Positions 1 through 12,719 of a DNA stretch of 64,000 nt are shown piece after piece. The position numbers were made by a program, and so were the translations under genes. Numbering within the stretch: position 1 is the first letter of the stretch; each line of letters opens with the position of its first letter. This DNA comes from Felis catus (Eukaryota). Under the pieces are notes generated by a model. That model did not search any database and was not told where the DNA came from. It saw only the letters and a program-made list of their open reading frames with translations. Where the stretch lies: contig NC_058368.1 of NCBI RefSeq assembly GCF_018350175.1, forward strand, positions 92,444,001 to 92,508,000. The letters run 5' to 3'.

Positions 1-145
1 AAAATATCCTGTCCTGGCCATGATGGAACTGACATTATAATTTTTGTAAAAGAATGAATTCTGTTCTTTTCTCAGAGCACTTTCCTTGAGTAGCCTAAAA
101 GGCTGCTGTTTCCACAGAGTTGAATAAAAAGATCTGTTCATTATA

Positions 146-898
146 TAGGCATTCCTTGGAGATCCTGCACGTTAAGTTCCAGAATGCCACGATAAAGCAA
201 ATAAAGCAAGTATCACAATAAAGGGAGTCACTTGAATTTTTTGGTTGCCCAGGGCATATAAAAGTTGCATTTATGCTAAACTGTCATCTGTTAAGTGTGC
301 GATAGCATTATGTGTTAAAACACAGTGTACATCCCTTAATTTAAAAATACTTTATGGTTGGGGTGCCTGGGTGGCTTAGTCGGTTGAGCGTCTGACTTTG
401 GCTCAGGTCGTGATTTCACAGTTCTTGGGTTCGAGCCCCACATTGGGCTCTGTGCTGACAGCTCAGGGCCTGGAGCCTGCTTCGGATTCTGTGTCGCCCT
501 CTCTATCTCTCTGCTCCTCCCCTGCTTGTGCTCTGTCTCTCTCTCTCAAAGATGAATAATAAACATTAAACAAAAATTAAAAAAAATCCTTTATGGCTAA
601 AAAATGCTAATTGTGAGCTTTCAGGGAGTTGTAACCACGGATCATAGATCACCATGAGAAATGAAATAATAATGAACAAATAATAATGAAAAGCAATTAA
701 CAATGAAAAATAATGAAATACTGCAAGGATGACCAAAATGCGACACAGAGACATAAAGTGGGAAAATGCTGTTGCTGTTGGACAAAGGGTGCGGATAGAC
801 TTCTTTGATGCAGGGCTTGCGCAGAACTTCACTTTGTAAGAAATGTAAGTCTCTGCGAAGGGCAATAAAGCTAAATGCAACAAAACAAGGTGTGCCTG
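146..898 (-). mobile_element. Internally deleted, non-autonomous Tigger1-type (Tc1/mariner-pogo) DNA transposon with both ends present, split by a SINE
   Basis: Terminal inverted repeats tAGGCATtCCT (146) and AGGTgTGCCTG (ending 898), flanked by TA and a degenerate CA. The interior matches the recalled Tigger1 left and right ends. Confidence 0.85.
360..581 (+). mobile_element. Feline CanSINE (SINEC_Fc-type) inserted in the Tigger1 element
   Basis: GGGGTGCCTGGGTGGC head, A/B-box region, CT-rich segment, A-tail. Target-site duplication (TSD) AAAAAT(a/c)CTTTATGG. Confidence 0.95.
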
Positions 899-3800
899 CA
901 CAACTCTTCTGATCTCTGTAGATAATCAAGAAACTGAAAACCAAAAAGGTGAAAATCTTTCCCGTAGTTTTATTATCGGCATATCCAGACTGGATACGGA
1001 TTGGTTACCTTCTATGGGTAATGAATAAAACTCCCCCTTTCTTGTTTTGTGTGATAGTTACAACGTGAGCCACATGACTTCTTCCTGTAGTTCAGACGGC
1101 AGTGGACGCACTAATGAAAGCACCATCTTCATGCGTCCAGGTTTTCTTTCATGTTCTCTCCTGCAGTTCTGCAAGTTTGAGAACGGTGGTGCTGCTGCCC
1201 TATTCTTGTTTCCCTGTTGCAAATAACAGCTCCCCGCTTTCCCCTCCCGGGGTCATCAACGTGTGCAGAGAGGTAGAGGAAGAAGAGAGCACTGTCTGAC
1301 ACCATGACACAAGCCCATGACTTGCAAAGGTCAGGGGAGGACTTGCTGGCGTCTTCCTGGCTCCCGTGCCTGGCGCCCCACAAGACGAACTGGCTGGGTT
1401 GGTGTCACTTTTACTGGGAGGGATCAGATACCAGCAACTGATTGATAGTCTGATCTGTGGAGGCAGCCCCGGGGCTTAGTTCATTCATTTCCGAAAGCCC
1501 TCCAACAGTCCCCAAAGCACAGAACAGGTCAGGGAAAAACATGAATAACTCTTGAAGAAAAGTCCAAGGAGAGCAGAGCTTACAAAGGGGTGGAGTGGTT
1601 AGATTTGTGCATTCCCAAAGGCTAGGCGTGGAGAAGCTTCTAGGCATTTTGTGCAGATGTGGTCCAAAGACAAGACTAGAGCTGCATACACCTGCCTCCC
1701 GGGCAAGACTCAGTGTGCCTTGGGGGCCCCAAGCAGAGAACCATTGCCGTTTCTCTCTGTTCTCAGGGCTCCCCATTGAAACTACTGGGTGCACAGGGTT
1801 CTTAGCCTGGCATCTCCCTCCTCTTCCCTTCTGGGACCAGAGGGAGAAGTCATTCCTGCGTCCAGGGCTCAGACTGTCATTTCGCCCCGGTTCAGAGAAA
1901 CCTGGCTATCAGACGGACACGTGGCGGTGGCAGCAGCCCCCATCCTCCCTGGGGACCCTGCTTGTGGTCTGATCCTATCTGTGATCTCTGGAGGGTCTCT
2001 GCTTCAGCGCGGGGACACACAGCTTTGGCGAGCTCCCACCTCCCATCAGCTTGTCTGCAAGACGCCGTTCTTAGTTTTGGGTGTGACTCTGAATTCAGGC
2101 GGTCGGTGCTGTTCTGGGGCTAAACACCACCGCACACTTCGGACAGCTTTGAAGGCAGACCCTCCGGCTGGCTGGAAATCACGGGCGCCCTTCTCTGCCT
2201 AGCCCCGTGGAGCGATAAAAAGGAAAAGTACAAAAACGCAGGCTGGGAAGAAGCGTGCGTGGGCGGGATCGTCTGGGGAGTGTTTCCAGGGAACTCTGGC
2301 AGGAGGCTTCTTGTTCATGAAGGATTTCCCCGGCACCGCGCCGGGGGCAGGATGACAGATGGGCTCCTCTCTGCCGCAGAAGGGAAAATACCTTTTGTCT
2401 CCGCCAATGCCCTTCGCTGCAGGCCAGCAACTAGCAGGCGCCCCTTCTGCTCCTGGATGCGGTTCTCTGTCAGGAGGCATCCGAGTTTGCTCTGTAAGAA
2501 GAGAAATCGTATTTTCGCAACGTTCTGCTCCCAAAAAGCTGTCAGCCGTGAAGAGTGCCCTGTCCTTGTTCAGAGGCAAAGCTTCTGGAACGATCAGTGA
2601 ATAGCCAAAGGCATTTTCATTTTTAGAGATTGTCAGAAATACTCACAGGCTTCCTGTTTATGACACATGCCCCCCCGCAACCCTCCCACCGAGGTGGCTG
2701 ACCTCATTTGTTTTAATCTTCAGGCTGGTAGCCTGTGAGAAGACCAGCGACCCCAGGATTTGAGATTGCAATTGGGAAAGGTCTTCCTTGTTAGGACCAG
2801 CCTCTTGATCCTCTGATGCCCCTGCGTAGACTCTAGTGAGGAATTCAAGCTGAAGCTGGTCGTTTTCGGTGCAGAATTTGGGCTTTATTATAAACGTGTT
2901 CGGTAACACACAAGAGTTGTCACTGCTGTGTCTTCGGGTTATAATCCTTTTAGACTTCTCTGCTTTTCTTCCTTCTTTTTTCTTCCTCCGCCTGCTGTCC
3001 CTTCTAGTCCTTTTAGGTATTTCCAGTCCCTCTCACGGGTTTGAAACACAACAAATGGCCCACTCTTTGTTGCTTTTGAGATAGATGTTTTGGAGTATCT
3101 GGCCCAAAAAAGGCTAGGCTGCATGCGCAAACTACCTGATTATGATTTACGTGGAAAGAATCCGGGTGGAAATCTATGTGGGTCTTCTATTCTATGTGGA
3201 AGGCAGTTTGGTCCTGAAATAGGTTGATAAAAAGGCTTCCCAGTGCAACATTTGTTACCAACGACTTTATGTTCCTGTGCTTTTGTCAGTATTGGGCAAA
3301 CTTCTCCCTTGTCTGTGCTCCCCAGTTCTGAATCCTTCTTGGGGGTGAGGATGGTCTCTCTCATTTGCATACCCTCTACAGTGACTAGTTGACAGACTGG
3401 GATTTCAGCTAATTTAATTCTTATAAAAAGTGTGATGTGTCAGAGAGCTGGGGAAATGATTCATGCACAATTGAAAAGGGCAAAATCATTTCATTTATGG
3501 ATTTCTAGCTACTAAACTATTGATCGGAGGAATTAATCTTTCCAGCTAAGGTAGGTGGAGAATTGGATCCAGGGAATCATTCCAAGGTTCTGTTATTTCC
3601 ACAATGCTGCCAGGCATATTTGGAGAATTTTGGAAAACCCTTGGAAACTGACTAGCTTGTGAAAGGAAATGCCCACAAGACATGTTTCAGACACCGAAGA
3701 ATGTTGCCTTAACTCTCACAAAGCCTGAATAAGAAAAATGCATTTAGTACAAAAATGTTTCTCAGGATGGTGATAACAAAGAAGCAATAAGGTTAGGTTT

Positions 3801-3992
3801 TTTTGTTTGTTTGTTTTTGAGAGAAACAGAAATTAGAATTACTTTTTGTGAAACTTTGTCATCTGTATGGAGTCTCTGATGAAACGGGGGAGTCTTTCCC
3901 CCCAACTTACTATGAAAACAGGGATAAACAATGATTAACTGTCCTAATGTAATGATTAAAATTTGTATTTTACTTAGCAGCAGATTCTTTTC

Positions 3993-4201
3993 TAATAATT
4001 ATTTATTTTATTTCACTTATTTGGAGAGAGAGAGAGAGTGCGTGCGCACACACGGTTGCAGGGGAGAGAGAGAATCCCAAGCAGGCTCTATGCTGTCAGC
4101 ATCAAGCCCAATGTGGGGCTCAAACTCACAAACTGTGAGATCGTGACCTGAGGTGAAATCAAGAGTCAGACGCTTAACCAACTGAGCCACTCAGGTGTCC
4201 C
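3993..4201 (-). mobile_element. CanSINE
   Basis: Reverse-strand SINE body, TSD AGCAGAtTCtTTTCT / AGCAGAcTCcTTTCT. Confidence 0.9.
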
Positions 4202-4484
4202 AGCAGACTCCTTTCTAGAAGGAGGTGTGTTGATTGATGAGTAAGCTGATAAATGATTGGAGCTGGTGTGTGAGGCATGAAAAAGCATGTTTGGGCCAAG
4301 GATGGGAGAGTTAGGTAACTGTGAAGCTCTTGTTTGGCTGACTGAAATTTGCAAGTTTGGTGCAAGAATTGAGTTGCTTATGACAACAGGGAAAGTTTTG
4401 GAAGAAGAAAAGAGAGGAGCATAGTAAACTGTTCAGAGACCAGAGCAGAGGTGAAGGAGGAGAAAGCATGGGCTTGGAAGGATT

Positions 4485-5345
4485 TTTTTTTTATATATAT
4501 AATTTATTTTATAAGTGTTCCTTTAAAAAAAAGCTTATCATGAAGTATAGTTGACATACAATATTCTAATTTCAGGTGTACAACCTAATGATTCGACAAT
4601 TGTATACGTAAATCAGTGCTCACCATGATAAGTGTAGTTACCATCTGTTACGATATCATTGACCCTATTCCTTAGGCTGTACGTTTCATCCTGTGATTTA
4701 TTTATTTTGTAACTGGAGGTCTCTACCTCTTAATTCCAGTTATCTATTTTGCCTCCCCTTCCACCCACCACCAACTTCCCCTCTGGCAGCCACCAGTTTG
4801 TTCTCTGTATTTAAGCGTCAGTTTCTGTGTTTGTCTGTTCCTTTGTTTTGAGGTTCCACAGATGAGTGAAATCGTGTGGTATTTGTCTTTCTCTGATTGA
4901 CTTATTTCACTTAGCATGATTTTCTTTAGCTCCCTTGCGTTGTTGTAAATGGCAAGATCTCATTCTTTTTGATGACTGAGTCATACTCCTTTATATATAT
5001 ATACCACATCTTCTTTATCTACTCATCTATCGATGGACACTTGGGCTGCTTCCATATCTTGATTACAAAGCTGCAATAAACCCAGGGGTGCATATATTTT
5101 TTCTAGTTAGTGTTTTCTGGATAAATGCCCAGAAGTGCAATTGCAGGATCATATGGTAGTTCTATTTTTGATTTTGGAGTAACCTCCATACCGTTTTCCA
5201 TAGTGGCTGCACCAGTTTGGATTCCCACCACCAAGATTACCTCTTCTCCAAATCCTTGCCAACACGTGTTATTTCTTGTCTTTTGGATGCTAGCCATTCT
5301 GACAGGTGTGAGGTGATAGCTCACTGTGGTTTGGATTGGCATTTT
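4485..5345 (-). mobile_element. 5'-truncated L1 (ORF2 C-terminus plus 3' UTR)
   Basis: ORF 5103-5342 encodes YHLTPVRMA...CWQG...IELPYDPAIALLGIYP, typical of the L1 ORF2p C-terminus. It is followed by an L1 3' UTR and a T-rich tail on +. Confidence 0.92.
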
Positions 5346-5357
5346 CAGGAGGAATTT

Positions 5358-5761
5358 TTTAAAAAAATGCTTATTTTGGGGTGCCTGGGTGGCACAGTCA
5401 GTTGAGCGTCCAACTTCAGCCAGGTCACGATCTCGCGGTCTGGGAGTTCGAGCCCCACATCAGGCTCTGGGCTGATGGCTCGGAGCCTGGAGCCTGTTTC
5501 CAATTCTGTGTCTCCCTCTCTCTCTGACCCTCCCCTGTTCATGCTCTGTCTCTCTCTGTCCCAAAAATAAATAAACGTTGAAAAAAAAATTTAAAAAAAA
5601 TGCTTATTTTGAGAGAGAGAGAGAGAGAGAGAGAATCTCAAGCAAGCTCCATGCTGTCAGCTCAGAGCCTGACAGGGGGCTAGAACCCACGAACTGTGAG
5701 ATCATGACCTGAGCTGAGATCAAGAGTCAGAAGGTCAACCTACTGAGCCACCCAGGCGCCC
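5358..5761 (-). mobile_element. CanSINE carrying a nested opposite-strand SINE
   Basis: TSD CAGGAGGAATTT at 5346 and 5762. Confidence 0.9.
5378..5594 (+). mobile_element. Young SINEC_Fc nested in the tail of the previous SINE
   Basis: CAGCCAGGTCACGATCTCGCGG and GGGCTGATGGCTCGGAG variants of the young subfamily. TSD AAAAAATGCTTATTTT. Confidence 0.95.
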
Positions 5762-6147
5762 CAGGAGGAATTTGTTTAAATGAAATTTGGTTGCATGTTG
5801 TAAATTTCCTTTTCCACCACCCTTCTTCCCTTCCCTCCCCCACTTCAATCTTCAGTAAAGTTTGTATTACTCACAATGAAATTGGTTTTGTTTGGTTGGG
5901 AATGTGACACAAGGCTGAGTGTGCTCTCATGGTAGATACATGAGCCAAGACTGCTCATGGAAGATGAGATACATCTATATATTCAAAAACCAGTTCCTTT
6001 AATCCCCTGACATATGACAGAGATGAGGAGAAAATTGGCCTTGATTTATTTAATGGACAAAGCATTGGCTACTATTAGATTCTAGTAAGAACCCATTACT
6101 TGAACCCTCCTGAATATTCTTAATTTATCTAAAATTTTAAGAAAAGA

Positions 6148-6640
6148 TATAATAGGTTGAATAGTGTCTCTCAAAGATATCAGGTCCTAACCTCTGGAAC
6201 CTGCAAATGTTACCTTAAATAGAAAAAGTGTCTTCGTAGATTAAATTAAGGATCTTGAGGTGGAGAGGTTATCCTGGATTATCCAGATGGGTCCTAAATG
6301 CTACTGGATGTATCCATATAAGACGGAGGCAGAGAGAGAGAGAGTGAGTACACAAACACAGAAACAGAAAGCCAGATGAAGACAAGGCAGAGAGATATTT
6401 GAAGATGCTGGCCTTGAAGATTGGAAAGCTGTGGCCATAAGCCAAGGAAATCCAGCAGCTACCGTAAATTAAAAGAGGCAAGGAGTGGATTCTCCCCTAG
6501 AGCCTTCAGAAAGGCTCACCGATGCCATAATTTGGCTCATTGGTATGATTCTAGCCAGACTTTTGACCTTCTGAACTGTGAGAGAAGTAATTTCTGTTTT
6601 TTTAAGCCACTGAGTTTGTAATGATTGTCATTGTAATTGT
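6148..6640 (+). mobile_element. MLT1 (MaLR) solo LTR, MLT1C/D-like
   Basis: Recalled motifs: AGGTCCTAACCTCTGGAACCTG, TTATCCTGGATTATCCAGATGGG, GAACTGTGAGAGAAGTAATTTCTGTT..TTAAGCCACTGAGTTTG. Confidence 0.8.
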
Positions 6641-7465
6641 CAACCTTGGTATGTTGATGAGTTTAATGATTGAAGCTGGACCTTGGCCCGAGTTTAGTGA
6701 TCCTTGATCATTTTTTACATCTCAGTGGGTACACAACTCAAAATGGTGTCAATCATGTTAATTACAAAGATTCAAACATACACCATCCCACCAATATGGA
6801 ACTTAAGTGGGTTGCAAATGGCCTAGTTCGGTTCAGAGTTTTGGAAGAATTGGTGGTAGTTGAGGTGTCTCTCTTGCGAAACACAAAGCATATAAAGGAA
6901 GTGGTGGGAAAAAGGAATAAGGACCAGCTTAAAGAGAACTGGAAGCTCTACTACTCAGCTCTTTGATACTTGAATAGTAGCAACCTAACAACTGCATTGT
7001 ATATTAATCAATACATGATTCATTTTGGGCAGAGGATTTGCACAGTTCTTGGAGGGAAGAGGCATAATTACCAACCACAACCTGTAGTAGGATGGATGCT
7101 TACACTGCAGTCAGATTTGGTTCAACTCAGAACCACGTATATACCCATCCCCTAGCGTATCAGACATTCTGCCAGGCACGGGGGATACAAGCTGGGTAAC
7201 ACGTGGTTCATTCTTCCGAAAATTAAGGGAGTCATATATTGAGCCAATGTTTAGTTCTGAAGTCATGATTAAGGTGAACTAACCCATGAGATCAAAATTA
7301 CTCTCAAGAATTCCCTAGAAAGGCCCCATGTTTGTCGTCAATACATCATCTCTCAATTTAACCACGAGGTTTTCTTCCAGCATTCGATCAGGCAACTATT
7401 TCCTTAGTTAAGCACTTGAAGAAATATCTGGCTTGTATATAGGGACCATATCATGAAAGCATAGT

Positions 7466-7608
7466 TTTTATTTTTATTTTTTATTTTAGAGAAAGAGAGA
7501 ATCTTAAGCAGACTCCACGCTCAGTGCAGAGCCCAACGACTGTGGGATCATGACCTGAGCCAAGATCAAGAGTTGGAAGCTCAACTGACTGAGCCACCCA
7601 GGCACCCC
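7466..7608 (-). mobile_element. Short CanSINE
   Basis: GAGCCACCCAGGCACCCC head on minus, T-rich tail, imperfect TSD GAA(a/g)G(c)ATAG. Confidence 0.85.
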
Positions 7609-8196
7609 AGAAGGATAGCTGTTAACATTAGGGGCATACCTGGTGAGACTTAGACTGACAAAAGAGCATAACACATCCCTTGTTCTCTTTACTTCTAGGA
7701 TATTCATGAATGACAGGTTGGATGTCCCTGCCATAGGTAAATTGTAGTCTGTCTCCCTATACTTTGCCAATTGTGGCTGGTGAATCTGTGATGGGATGAC
7801 ACTATCTGCCATTGTATTTGTTCATCCATTCACATTTGCTAATAGCTAGTAGGGTTGAGTAGTTACAGGTATTGCAGAAAAACTGATTTCTGTGTGTAAG
7901 GAGATTACTGTTTAGGAGGGAGATAAAATCCGTGCATATTTTGCTATGTGACAGAGTGTGGGACTTGCCAACAAAATTCAGAGAAGGAAGATTACTTCTG
8001 GTGGATGCAGGAAAGACTTCACAGGGGAAGGTGGTGTTTCAGCTGGGTCTTACCTGCAGGATAGGATCTGAAGACGGGAGGAAGGGTGAGAAACAACTTT
8101 CTGGTTGGAGGTAACTGTGAGGGAGGCATGGAACACAGGTAAGCTCCAGGCTTGCTTGGGAAACAGCATTTTTAAGAGAAAAAGAAACATCTACTT

Positions 8197-8607
8197 TTTT
8201 TTTTAAACATTTATTTATTTTTGAGACAGAGAGAGAGAGAGAGAGAGAGCGCGTGTGTGCACGTGGGGGAGGGGCAGAGAGAGAGGGAGAGAGAAAGAAT
8301 GCCAAGCATGCTCCTTACCATCAGCACAGAGCTAGATGAGAGGCTCGAACCCACAAACTGTGAGATCATGACTTGAGCTGAAGCCAAGAGTCTGACGCTT
8401 AACCGGCTGAGCCACCCAAGTGCCCGGAAACAACAGAGACAGACAGAGCGTGAGTGGGGGAGGGGCAGAGACAGAGAATCCGAAGCAGAGGCTCTGGGCT
8501 CGGAGCTGTCGGCACCGAGCCCAACATGGGGCTTGAACCCACAAACTGTGATGTCATGACTCGAGCCAAGGTCAGACACTTAACCAACTGAGCCACCCCG
8601 GCACCCT
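8197..8607 (-). mobile_element. Head-to-tail CanSINE dimer
   Basis: Two heads (about 8606 and 8425), one tail, and a single TSD pair AAACATCTACTT. Confidence 0.9.
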
Positions 8608-8899
8608 GTAAAACATCTACTTCTAATTGAGGTAAAGGGATAAGGTTTGCCTGGAACAACTAATCAATGGGACAAGATGTAATAACACAATGGTTCTCAA
8701 GATATCAAACACAGGCATTGAAGAATAGTCCTTGAGAGAGGTGGTCCCAGATGATTGCTTGGTGGGTTTCCAGTCGGAAGTGCAGAGAGAGGTACTCAGG
8801 CTGAGCCTGGTGGTCTGCCTACTTTGAGAAGATGCACCTCTGAGTTCAGGGTGGTTAAAAGGGACAGAATTCTTAAAGAAGAGGACTGGAAAGATAAAA

Positions 8900-9310
8900 G
8901 TGCACAGAGCAACGCTGGATCTCTGTAGACAGTCAGTCTGGTACACAGGAGAGTACCGACTCACACATACGTGTAAGGGAACTGTCATGGCTGGGAAAGA
9001 ACCAGCCTAACAGATCAGAGGGACAAATCCTAGGTGCTCACATTTGGGAAGGGGATGCTACCTATTCCCAATGCCCCTACGTGACAGTCTCATAAATCAT
9101 AGGGTTTTGGCATACTGGACCCAGGGGATCATGTTTCATGTGTCATGGAACAAAATTAACTGTAGACCACATGTTGGTCTGGTTTTTGCCAAAGCTTAGC
9201 TATAAGAGCCCTGATAATCACGGTGCTGCCAGGAAACTTACCTGTATCCCAGAATAAAGCTCAAGAACATGGACAGAAATCCATAAGTATCAGCACCCAA
9301 CAAGATAAGG
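8900..9310 (+). mobile_element. Ancient L1M 5' region fragment (L1MC/MD-like)
   Basis: GTATCCCAGAATAAAGCTCAAGAA...CAGCACCCAACAAGATAA resembles the recalled L1M 5' end. Confidence 0.5.
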
Positions 9311-10084
9311 CCAGTGTTGTGTGCTCTGTACCGCCGGATGTATCTCCTCCTTCTCTGTTCTCCATCCATCCCCAAATGGCTCTAGCTTCAAGGCCCTGTG
9401 GCTTGACCCAACTAAGCCCCAGGGTGATATCTGTGGCTTACTTTTAGCAATGGCGGCACAGACCATTTCTGTGGTAGACGCACTTCCTGGTTCATGAAAC
9501 GGACTGGCACTCTGTTCACCTGTTCTTGGCTTCTGCTGCCTGCAGAATTGTATGAGTTGGCCCGCAGAGGTGATGTGCTCTGACAGCGCTCTGGAACGGG
9601 AGCATTTAATTTAGTGATGTATTGGTACTGGGAACAGAGGATGCTCCGGTAGAGCATTCCCATTTCCTTTTATTATTCCAACGTTATGGGCATGCAGACC
9701 ATCGGTCTTCACAAGGAAAACTTAATGGAGAAGCCGGAACAGTTATGAAGTCATGAAGATCTTGTAAAACAGCTATCGGGGGCAGCAAGGGGCAGCGCTT
9801 GCAACGTTGGAAGCAATACGAGGCTGTAAATCCTGCAGATGTGTCCTCTTCAAGCCTAAGGACACCACTTAGCTCATTTACATACTTGTTGGCAGTTCAT
9901 TTTGAAAGTATTGTGGGAGAGAGAGCAGTTTGAGGTATTTTTAAGGGGAATGGCTATTGGCAGGGAGGTTCTAATAAATCCAACTGTATTGACTGGGGAG
10001 ATAACACGCACAGGTGCAGAAATAAAAAAAAAAAAAAACCAAAAAGAGGGAGAAAAGTAAGAAGAGTGGTGAGGGCACAGGTGA

Positions 10085-10285
10085 CGGTCAGTCCAGCCTG
10101 GCTTTGAGCCCTTGCACAGCCATTTATTACCTGTGTGAACTTGGCCAGTTTATTGAACCTTGTTGAGCCTCGGTCTCCTCATCTGTAAAGTGAAGGCATA
10201 ATTGCTTATCTCAGAGTACTGCTGCAGAGATTCAGTGAGGTCCTACAAATAAAGCACTTAGCTGGGGCCTTCGTAACAAATATTT
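10085..10285 (+). mobile_element. MIR
   Basis: Core CTGTGTGAACTTGGCCAG...GAGCCTCGGTCTCCTCATCTGTAAAGTG. Confidence 0.8.
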
Positions 10286-10298
10286 TCTAATAACAATT

Positions 10299-10518
10299 TT
10301 TTTTGAATTTTTAAAAATGTTTTTATTTATTATTTTTGAGACAGAGAGAGACAGAGCATGCGACAGAGAGAGGGAGACACAGAATCTGAAGCAGGCTCCA
10401 GGCTCTGAGCTGTCAGCACAGAGCCCGACGTGGGGCTCCATCCCACGAACCATGAGATCGTGACCTGAGCTGAAACCAAGAGCTGGCCGCTTAACCGACT
10501 GAGCCACCCAGGCACCCC
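10299..10518 (-). mobile_element. CanSINE
   Basis: Full body, TSD TCTAATAACAATT. Confidence 0.93.
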
Positions 10519-10694
10519 TCTAATAACAATTATTAAAGGAGAAATCCTACAAGCCTGTGTTCATTGATACTTGGGGATGCAATCACAATAATAAAAAAAA
10601 TAAAGGGCTTCACATTGTGTCCCATTCCATTTTACTGATGTTGCTGTATTAGAATTTTCTTGGAACCCGGCTTTGTTACAGGTGCCATTATAAA

Positions 10695-10894
10695 TTTTTT
10701 TTAACATTTATTTTTTTTGAGAGACAGAGTATGAGTGGAGGAGGGGCAGAGAGAGAGGGAGTCACAGATTCCAAAGCAGGCTCCAGGCTCTGAGCTGTCA
10801 GCACAGAGACCCACATGGGGCTCAAACTCATGAACCGCGAGATCACGACCTGAGCAGAAGTCAGATGCTTAACAGACTGAGCCACCCAGGCGCC
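10695..10894 (-). mobile_element. CanSINE
   Basis: Full body, TSD ACAGG(t/g)GCCATTATAAA. Confidence 0.93.
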
Positions 10895-11371
10895 TCACAG
10901 GGGCCATTATAAACAAGCCAGAAGGGGTAAACCTGGCAGAAATGCCTTTCTTAAATCTTTGTTGCTTTGCTTTAACAATTTTGTCTTCACGGGTATCCTG
11001 CTTTTGGGTAGAGTAGGTGGTTGGCCCGTGTTGGTAGCCTAGTAGAAGTCCAGAGCCTCTGGGATGTGTCTTATGGCTTGTCACTCAAGAGACAGATACT
11101 GACACAGGAGCAAGATGGTGTGTTATCACAGACGTCATGTTGATCTTTCAACGGTGAGTCTAACCCAGGTTAGAACAATGGGGAAGTGATAACGTAAGAT
11201 TTCTACCAAATAAATGAATCTGTAGTGCTGCTCTCACAAAGAGCCAGAGTCTACACTTCTAGGAGAGAGAACTGAACAAAGAAACAGGCCAGAGGACTTG
11301 ACACGAGAAGTCATAAACATCAGTTTTGAATGTCGTGTGTCCTGGAAAGAGGCCAATTAGATTCATTTGGC

Positions 11372-11557
11372 ATGCACCTGGGTGACTTTCGCTCAGGTCA
11401 TGATCTTGTGGTTGGTGAGTTCGAGCCCCGCCTAAGGGCTCTATGCTGATAACTCAGAGCCTAGAGCCTGCTTCAGATTCTGTGTCTCCCCCTCTCTCTC
11501 TGCCCCTCCCCAGCTTGTGCTGTGTCTCAAAAATAAATAAATAAACATTAAAAAAAT
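11372..11557 (+). mobile_element. CanSINE with a deletion in the head
   Basis: GCACCTGGGTG runs directly into ACTTTCGCTCAGGTCATG. CT region and A-tail present. Confidence 0.88.
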
Positions 11558-12719
11558 TCAGCTGGATCTCGATATGATATTTGGAAGCCAGTGTAAAAAC
11601 TCCTAAAACTCAGGCCAATTCATTACTTGCTGTTCCTGGTTTTATTTCCTTTCTTGTTTATTATGAAATGACATATCTGGGAATTGAGGGAAAGGGATCC
11701 TTTTACTTTTCCAGATCTGTAATTAAAAAAGGTTCCAGGGTGCTCACCTTGGACTGGAATCATGAGTGCCTATTTGAGACCTTGCTTCCAAAACTTTGCC
11801 TCAGTTGGAAGAGAATTATGGAAGAGAAATGCAACTGTCTGCAAAATGAGCAAGGTTGGCTCGTGAGGGCCGAAAAGGATGATAGGCTTAAAAATTGCTA
11901 ACAAACGACTCACAACGTCTGGAACTGAAGGAAACATGATCTGTGGTGCCAAGAACCAAAGAGGGGAAGAATTTGGGAGGGAAGCAGATTAGAAGACCTG
12001 AGTCTGAGGACGTGAGCCTTGGGGATATGTGAATCAGAGTAAGATGGGGACTTCAGGAAAAGACTTGGGCGGCAACAGGACAGGTTTGGCCACACAGGGT
12101 TGGCAAATATTTAGTGATGGCTTTGTCAGAGAGGAGCAGGCAGGATAGTAAGTCAAGGGGGATCAGACCCCCTAGAGAGGAGAGATGAACAGTTGGTCAT
12201 AGAGGATTGGGAGAGCAGCACCAGACAGCAAAAGAGGGGCCAGGGAAATAAATGGGTGGTCTGAACATGGAAGCTATTGATTCTCTGAGCTCTCCCCCCA
12301 CCCCTGCTTCACTTCCTGTTCATGGAGCCTCCTGGCCCATGGCTGTTAACTATGGCCAGGGATGAGCCAGAGGCTTTGGAAGAGCTCCACCCCTTATCAG
12401 GACAGAGGATGGAACCACATTACTGCCATCACTGCGAATCCTGAATTTGTAAATGCTTTCTCCTCAGAGCCCAGGTTACCGTCTAAGAGTTCAAGGTTCA
12501 CTTTTATGTACTTGCATCTAACTCGAAGCCAGCTGCCATTATTTGGGTTTGGATTTTGGTGTTTGCATGGAGGAGTAGGAAGTGTATCTGTTTGTTTCGA
12601 GTTATGACTTCTATTCTAATTTGCTTATTATTATTTAGGACATCACCATTTTTGGTTCACAGATATCCCTCCTTATTTTTTCCTGTGGCTGTTATTGATT
12701 AAAAAAAAAAAAAAACATT

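Noticed and set aside
1102..3370. Overlapping 60-137 aa ORFs in the GC-rich region
   Set aside because: They overlap on both strands, many start at non-ATG codons, and none has a recognisable domain. Expected by chance in GC-rich DNA.
5103..5342. 79-aa ORF with real protein similarity
   Set aside because: A remnant of L1 ORF2p in a truncated element, not a host gene.
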